From an uncultured Planctomycetaceae bacterium (GTDB lineage: Bacteria > Planctomycetota > Planctomycetia > Planctomycetales > Planctomycetaceae), in the NCBI GenBank assembly GCA_963813715.1, contig CAWFAK010000013.1, positions 32,001 through 96,000 of the forward strand: a stretch of DNA of 64,000 bases, read 5' to 3'. Numbering within the stretch: position 1 is the stretch's first letter; each line of letters begins with the position of its first letter. Made by a program: the position numbers and the translations under genes. This document shows, piece after piece, positions 58,510 through 64,000 of the stretch. The notes below the pieces were generated by a model. That model was not told where the DNA came from. It ran no database searches and was given only the letters and a program-made list of their open reading frames with translations.

Positions 58510-61500
58510 ATGAGTCGGGCGATCGTCGGCCGTATATTTTGGAAAGAGATCCGCGTCCAGCGCGCGTTCTGGTTCTGGATCCTGCTGCTGGGCGCTTTCG
58601 TCCAGTTCGTACCCAGGCTGCTGGGGCGGGACTGGTACATGTCGGCGCTGAGCAGTCAATGGTTCCTGTCGGTCAACATCGTCGTTTCCTGTTGTTTTGC
58701 AGCCGGCTCGGCGGCGATCGCCTTCGCGGGCGAGACCGAGGGGCGCACCAAGTCGCTCTTTCAGCGGATGCCCCTGCAGACCGCCGACCTGCTGGTGGGC
58801 AAGGTCGGTTGGATCCTTCTGGGTACGTACGCGCTGTTTCTGTTGCTGACGCTCAGTGGTGCCCTGTTGGGTGACGGCCGAACCACGTACTGGTCGAATG
58901 ACTTCGCTCCGCGGCTCGATTTGGCGATCACCTGGCTGATGCCGGTCCCCTTTCTCGTGGTCGGCGTGCTCTGCTCGCTGGTCCTCCGCGACGTGCTGAC
59001 GACGGTTGCCGTGGCAGGCATCGCGACGACCGTGCTGATGGGATCGCTCGCCGGTGAGCACCGGGCTCTGTTCCTGTTGTGTTTCGCTGTTTTGGCGGTC
59101 GTCGACGTTTTGGTGGCACCCGCGTGGCTCAAAGATGCTTCGATTGCACCTTGGCCGGCGTGGCTGCGACGATCGGGCAGTGCGGCGGCGTCACGTGGCC
59201 ATTCGACATTCAGCGTCCGCTCGCAAAGCGCGTGGCGGCGGACGGCCAGCAGCCTGATTTGGAAAGAGTGGCATCAAGCGATCGGCTTGACGCTGACGTT
59301 GGTTCTCGGCGGAGCCGTCGTGATCTCTGTCGTCGCCTATCTTTTCTGGCAAAACGGTCGCAACTTCGAGTTGAGCCTGGCCAGCCTGCTCCCAATGCTT
59401 CTGCTCGCGCTGCCGCTCGTGTTTGGCGTGGCGGCTGGACACTCGGATCGCCGCGACGGGGCGTTTCGTCTGCTGGCGCACCGCGGCGTCTCGCCGAGCG
59501 CTTACTGGCTGACGAAGCACGCGGTCTGGCTCGGACTCGCGCTGGCGACCTGCTGCGGCTTGCTCGGTTGGGAGCACGCGTTGTCCGAATTTCGGCCCTT
59601 TGTCAACAGAGTTCGCCTGCCTCCGTTGTGGGACATCGCACACTCCGCCGCGCACGCGACTTTTCAAAACGACAACAGCAACACGCCGGCGATCCTGGGA
59701 GTCGTCATTTTCGACGTCGTGCTGCTCTATTCGCTCGGCGCTCTCTGTGCGGCGATCATCCCCAGCACGCTCAGCGCCCTCGTGATCGCCATCATTGGTT
59801 GGCTGGGACTCTGCTTCTATTGGTCAGGCGCCGCGTGGCTGGAGCTGGTCGCCTGGTGGTCGCTCGGCATCTTGCCGCTGATCTTTCTGTTCGCCGGTTG
59901 GGTGCGGACTCGCGATTGGCTCGTCGATCGCAATTCGCTGGCGGCCTGGGGTCGCGCGGCGCTCAGCCTGGTCGTGCCGTTGTCCGTTATCGCCGGCACA
60001 ATCGTGGTCTATCGGGTCACGCAGATTCCGCCCGTCACTCTCCCGTTGGAGGTGCAGCAGTCTTCGCAGCCAACGACCGTCGCCGTGCATCCGCCCAAGC
60101 AGTCGCTCTTTGTCGATGCCATGCTGGCACTCACGCCGCGGCCGCCCGCGACCGACATGTCCGCCAGGCTCACGGCAGCCGACGGCTGGAAATACGCGGA
60201 TGAAGCCACGCGCGATTTTGTTGCCGCGAATGGGCCTGCGCGACGGCTGGCGCTCCAGGCCGTGCAGCAGCCTCCGGGCGACTTTCCTGCGGAGGCATGG
60301 CGGGGGATCGTTCCCAACAACGACCGAGGCTTTGCTGAATACCGCAACGACCGAGGCTTTGCTGAATACCGCGACCGGGTCGCGGATCTCGCTGCGCTGC
60401 TGCGTGATTCGGCCCGCAAGCTCGAGTCGGAAAACAAACTGGCCGAGGCGCTCGACAATTACATCGCAATGGCGCGGCTGGGGGACGACTTGGCTCGCTC
60501 GAACCGCGTGCCCGCACCGTACCATGCTCCGGCCACCGCGATGATGGCCATGGCCGCAATGGATCGGTGGGCGGCGCATCCGCAGCAAACGGTCGAGCTG
60601 ATCAAGCGGGCCATCAGCGAATTTCAACGGTTCGAGCAAGCGGCTGATTTCGGCTCAAGCCGCATTCTTGCGGCGTGGCGAGCCGAGCGGCAACTCTACG
60701 ACGACTACGTCTGGAAGGGGCAGAACCCGCATCCGCAAAACCGCTCTGCGGCCGAAATGGGGTTCGTTCGCTGGTGCCTGCCCTGGGAACTGGTGCGGCT
60801 GCAGCGGGTGGAAGATGCGGTGTACGCGCGAGTCCTCGACGAAACGCAGCTCGTCGAGCGCGAGCTGCATAATCGCGGATTTGTGGATGCCGGGCTGGTT
60901 TCCGCCGGCCGCTGGGGCGTTCCCTGGGCGTGGCTGAACACCACCTTCCCACCGCCGGACGAGGCGGTTGACGGAGCCCTCTGGAGAAACAATGGCGAAA
61001 GTGTCGTGAATCGTGCGGCCCTGGCCCGCCTGCATTTTGTCGCGTGGGCGCTGGCCGGTTATCGCCGCGAGCATCAACAGCTGCCAGAGCGGCTCAGCGC
61101 GCTCGTGCCCACGTATTTTGCCTGGTTGCCTGTCGATCCTTGGACCGGAAGCGAGTTTTTATACGAGCCGCAGGGAGTTCCCGCGCGACTCGACAGCGAT
61201 TTCGGCGATCATCTGCAGGCGTTACAGCCATTCGTCGCGAGCGCGGGACGTTTGGGCGCCCGCATCGACGTTCGTCAGATGACAGCGGGCCGGGTGCATG
61301 TTTCCATCGTCGATCATGGGGGGAGCCCGGTGGCGACGGAATCCGCAACAACGCCGCTGCAGCTTTCCGGCCCGGCCGTCGCCGTGCCGCCGTTGCCGAG
61401 CGACGAGCAGAAATTGCCGCACAGCGACCAGCGTGCTCAGGAGACGCGGTCCCAGAAAAAGCCCCACTCGCCAGCCCCGACCGAGAAGGCGCCGCCCGTC

Positions 61501-61584
61501 AAAGCGCGCCCAAACAAAGCGCCTGCCGGGCGATCTGGGATCGATCTCGCAAAGCCGACCGAAAAGGCCGCGCCAGGCAAGTAA
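58510..61584 (+). CDS. ABC-2-type permease (internally duplicated) fused to a large soluble C-terminal region
   Basis: IFWKE.R and LIWKEW repeats, FAGETEGRT..LF..MP; C-terminal LPERL..LVP.Y...LPVDPWTG..F.Y. Confidence 0.8.
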   Translation: MSRAIVGRIFWKEIRVQRAFWFWILLLGAFVQFVPRLLGRDWYMSALSSQWFLSVNIVVSCCFAAGSAAIAFAGETEGRTKSLFQRMPLQTADLLVGKVGWILLGTYALFLLLTLSGALLGDGRTTYWSNDFAPRLDLAITWLMPVPFLVVGVLCSLVLRDVLTTVAVAGIATTVLMGSLAGEHRALFLLCFAVLAVVDVLVAPAWLKDASIAPWPAWLRRSGSAAASRGHSTFSVRSQSAWRRTASSLIWKEWHQAIGLTLTLVLGGAVVISVVAYLFWQNGRNFELSLASLLPMLLLALPLVFGVAAGHSDRRDGAFRLLAHRGVSPSAYWLTKHAVWLGLALATCCGLLGWEHALSEFRPFVNRVRLPPLWDIAHSAAHATFQNDNSNTPAILGVVIFDVVLLYSLGALCAAIIPSTLSALVIAIIGWLGLCFYWSGAAWLELVAWWSLGILPLIFLFAGWVRTRDWLVDRNSLAAWGRAALSLVVPLSVIAGTIVVYRVTQIPPVTLPLEVQQSSQPTTVAVHPPKQSLFVDAMLALTPRPPATDMSARLTAADGWKYADEATRDFVAANGPARRLALQAVQQPPGDFPAEAWRGIVPNNDRGFAEYRNDRGFAEYRDRVADLAALLRDSARKLESENKLAEALDNYIAMARLGDDLARSNRVPAPYHAPATAMMAMAAMDRWAAHPQQTVELIKRAISEFQRFEQAADFGSSRILAAWRAERQLYDDYVWKGQNPHPQNRSAAEMGFVRWCLPWELVRLQRVEDAVYARVLDETQLVERELHNRGFVDAGLVSAGRWGVPWAWLNTTFPPPDEAVDGALWRNNGESVVNRAALARLHFVAWALAGYRREHQQLPERLSALVPTYFAWLPVDPWTGSEFLYEPQGVPARLDSDFGDHLQALQPFVASAGRLGARIDVRQMTAGRVHVSIVDHGGSPVATESATTPLQLSGPAVAVPPLPSDEQKLPHSDQRAQETRSQKKPHSPAPTEKAPPVKARPNKAPAGRSGIDLAKPTEKAAPGK
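60318..60371 (+). repeat. exact 27-bp in-frame tandem duplication (NDRGFAEYR x2)
   Basis: CAACGACCGAGGCTTTGCTGAATACCG at 60318-60344 and 60345-60371. Confidence 0.95.
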
Positions 61585-61784
61585 ACGTGCCGTCGTCCGA
61601 ACGAATTGCCAGACTCGAACGTTTCACTAACTCCCTAAGTCGGTCCCGTCTTCACAGCCGCCACGAACCGCTCGCCTGCTGCTTGCACGCACGACAGCAT
61701 CGCCCGCGGTTCGTGGCATTTTTTGTCCTCCGCTTGCTCCTCTCGTCGCTCCGTTCCGCTGGCTTGACTCCGGCATCCTCGGGC

Positions 61785-61836
61785 TTGACGGCCATACCTA
61801 AGCTGGTTAGGCTTCATGCCTAGTCTGCCAAGGTAT
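61785..61836 (+). promoter_or_regulatory. promoter with two palindromes (putative PadR operators)
   Basis: TTGACG-17-TAGGCT; CCTAAgctggTTAGG and imperfect ATGCCTAgtctgccAAGGTAT. Confidence 0.55.
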
Positions 61837-61861
61837 CACGGCCCGACGGGAACCGGAGATC

Positions 61862-62206
61862 ATGGATTCGCGACTCTTAAGCGGCACTGTCGACCTGCTG
61901 ATTCTCGACGTCCTCGCGCACGAGGCCAGTTACGGCTACGAGATCACGCAGCAGGTGCTCGGACGTTCGAGCGGGTATTTCCAGCTCACCGAAGGCAGTC
62001 TCTATCCCGCCCTGCACCGCCTCGAGCGGCAGCGGCTGGTGAGCGCCTACTGGGAAGAGGTCGACGGCCGGCGGCGCAAGTACTACCGGTTGACCCCGGC
62101 CGGCCGCAAAGAGCTGGCCGCCAAACGTGAGGAGTGGCAGGAGTTCGCCCGCGGCGTCAACGGAGTGCTGGGTGGCGTGCCGGGGGTGGCCAATGGATTG
62201 GCGTGA
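61862..62206 (+). CDS. PadR-family transcriptional regulator
   Basis: LLIL.VL.....YGYEI, EGSLYPALHRLE, RRKYYRLT.AG. Confidence 0.95.
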   Translation: MDSRLLSGTVDLLILDVLAHEASYGYEITQQVLGRSSGYFQLTEGSLYPALHRLERQRLVSAYWEEVDGRRRKYYRLTPAGRKELAAKREEWQEFARGVNGVLGGVPGVANGLA

Positions 62207-64000
62207 AGCGGCCGCCGGCGGTCTTCCCGCCCCGCGCGATGATGAGCCGGCCAGCCTGCGGCAGAACATCCTCGACGAATTGGCCGACCATCTCGACTGC
62301 GCGCTCGCGCGCGAGCTCTCCAAGAACATCACGCCTGAGGAAGCGATCGCGAACGTCAAACGCCGCTTCGGCGAACCGCGGGACCTGGCGCGTCGACTCT
62401 GGGTGGACGCGATGAAGGATACGATCATGTCGAAGCGACTCACGCTGGCCGCGATGGCATTGATGACGGTGATGTGTCTGTCGTCCGGCTGGATCGCGTG
62501 GAGCGCCCATCGCGCCAGTCAGGAAACGGCCGAATCAATCACTCGCGCCAACGGCGCACTCATCGCACAACTGTCGGCGCTTCTGGCGGTCCGGCCCGCG
62601 CCGGCTGCCAGTGCCGGTCCCGAGCGGGCCGACGTGCATTTCCATTTGATCTGCGACGATGCCCAGAAGTCGCCGGCCAAAGGCTTCAGCGGCAACCTCT
62701 ACCTGTCTGGAGCGGGCTCGTCGCTCAATCCCTTGCTGCGGACCTCCGACGAACAAGGAAACCTGGATTTCGGAATGCTGCCCGCCGGCTCGTACATTCT
62801 TCGCGTGACGGCGCCGTGGAACGAGTTCGCGTTCGTCCCCGTCGAAGTTTCGCCCGCCTTTCCGATTACGTCTCCCATCATCTGCCCGGCCCGGGACTGG
62901 CAGCCGGCCGACGTCCAGTTCGACTTCGAGGGACTACCGTCCCTCAAGGACCGGGACGCGCTGATCGTGTTGCACATTAACGCAGTGCAAGGTCGCATGG
63001 TGGGAGCCAGTTATTCCTGGATGCACGACGCCGAAACCCACGGCCATACCGCGTACGACGTGGTGTTGGACCCGAACGGTCACCTCCTCTATTTCTCGGA
63101 GTGGACTAGCCAGAACAGAATGTCGCAGGGCGTCGGCCGCATGATGCCTCCCCGCTGGGGCGGCTCGTGGCTCGGCAATGCGCCCGGAGTTCAATTGCAG
63201 GCCACGGATCAGTTCTCTTGGCTGGCGGCCGCGCTCAATCAGAAGCCGCAACCGGGCTTTTTCGACAGGCGTTACGAGATCAGCTCAATTACCGTCCTGC
63301 TCGCGCCGGACATTCGCTCGAGGGCCGGAGAAACCCCCGACCCGAGCCACCTCCCTTTCACGCTGCACACGCAGCGCGGTTACACGCCGATTGCCGAGAC
63401 GATGATCTCCCCCGGAAATTCGGAGGCGCCGCCGTTGCAGCCAGTTCACGGACAGAAGAACGTTTGGAGAATTCACCTCTCCCGAAACTTTTCGGCTGAG
63501 GTCGATCGCCTGCTGATGTCGTCCGCCAGTCGTCTACCAGACGCGAAAGACGCCGCCGCGGCAAAGGCGGAATCCACAACGGGGGCCGATTTGCTCAAGT
63601 CGCTCGGCATTGCCACCGCCACCCCCGATCACACGGCCGACGGGCTCACCGGGTTAAAGCTCGGCGCGATCGCGGACAAGCTGCCGGCCAAGTACGCCGG
63701 CTTTCAGGAGGGCGACCTGCTGCTGGGCGTGAACGGTTGGAACGTCAACACCGATCGCGAGCTGGGCGTGGCGGCGCGGGGATATCCGTTGTCCGCCGAC
63801 AAGGCCCGCGCGGCGGCCGCTGCAACGTCGAGCGAGGAGAGTCTGAACGGCGAAGGGATTTCGCCGCAATCGCTCGTCGCGCTCGTTCGTCGGGGCACGG
63901 AGATGATGCTCTATGAAGTGAAGCCTCCCGGCTCGCCGGCTCCCAAGGAGAAGAAAATGATACCGGTCAAACCGGCCGAAAGCATCGTCGTCCCAGGAGG
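62193..64000 (+). CDS. PadR-associated membrane protein (HAAS/permease-prefix N-terminus, TM, beta-sandwich, PDZ-like); runs off the window and is not in the ORF track
   Basis: Translated by hand, open from ATG 62193 to the window end: MDWREAAAGGLPAPRDDEPASLRQNILDELADHL...RRFGEPRDLARRLW; TM; SDEQGNLDFGMLPAGSYILRVTAP; LPAKYAGFQEGDLLLGVNG. Confidence 0.8.
   Translation, partial: MDWREAAAGGLPAPRDDEPASLRQNILDELADHLDCALARELSKNITPEEAIANVKRRFGEPRDLARRLWVDAMKDTIMSKRLTLAAMALMTVMCLSSGWIAWSAHRASQETAESITRANGALIAQLSALLAVRPAPAASAGPERADVHFHLICDDAQKSPAKGFSGNLYLSGAGSSLNPLLRTSDEQGNLDFGMLPAGSYILRVTAPWNEFAFVPVEVSPAFPITSPIICPARDWQPADVQFDFEGLPSLKDRDALIVLHINAVQGRMVGASYSWMHDAETHGHTAYDVVLDPNGHLLYFSEWTSQNRMSQGVGRMMPPRWGGSWLGNAPGVQLQATDQFSWLAAALNQKPQPGFFDRRYEISSITVLLAPDIRSRAGETPDPSHLPFTLHTQRGYTPIAETMISPGNSEAPPLQPVHGQKNVWRIHLSRNFSAEVDRLLMSSASRLPDAKDAAAAKAESTTGADLLKSLGIATATPDHTADGLTGLKLGAIADKLPAKYAGFQEGDLLLGVNGWNVNTDRELGVAARGYPLSADKARAAAAATSSEESLNGEGISPQSLVALVRRGTEMMLYEVKPPGSPAPKEKKMIPVKPAESIVVPG

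Overview
GC-rich bacterial chromosomal window. Signature families (DUF1549/DUF1553, DUF1501, DUF1559 with H-X9-DG, DUF1571, DUF4159, TPR + RNA-polymerase alpha-CTD protein) point to a Planctomycete. About 51 genes can be supported. Housekeeping and metabolic genes include ndh, nadB, folE, pyrB, hrpB and a fadD-DUF1571-thiolase-FadJ-like beta-oxidation cluster. Envelope and secreted proteins include SpoIID, a vWA-ExbB-ExbD-ExbD module, an Ntn-hydrolase acylase and a six-CXXCH cytochrome c. There are two YtrA/GntR-ABC operons with matching operators, a PadR gene followed by a long membrane partner ORF that is missing from the ORF track, and an FHA-GAF-PP2C / MoxR-like AAA / partner cluster. About 20 apparent single-base frameshifts interrupt otherwise intact genes; these are most simply read as long-read or MAG consensus errors, not pseudogenes. 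Several intergenic REP-like inverted doublets lie in the first 18.3 kb. I saw no rRNA, tRNA, CRISPR array, transposase, integrase or prophage. Best candidates for poorly described biology: the TPR + tandem alpha-CTD protein, the SH3-like protein with four SPLELAR repeats, the phosphatase/MoxR/partner module, DUF1571 inside the fad operon, the permease with a pseudopilin-like tail, and the PadR-HAAS-PDZ pair. All family calls come from motif recognition by eye; no searches were run.
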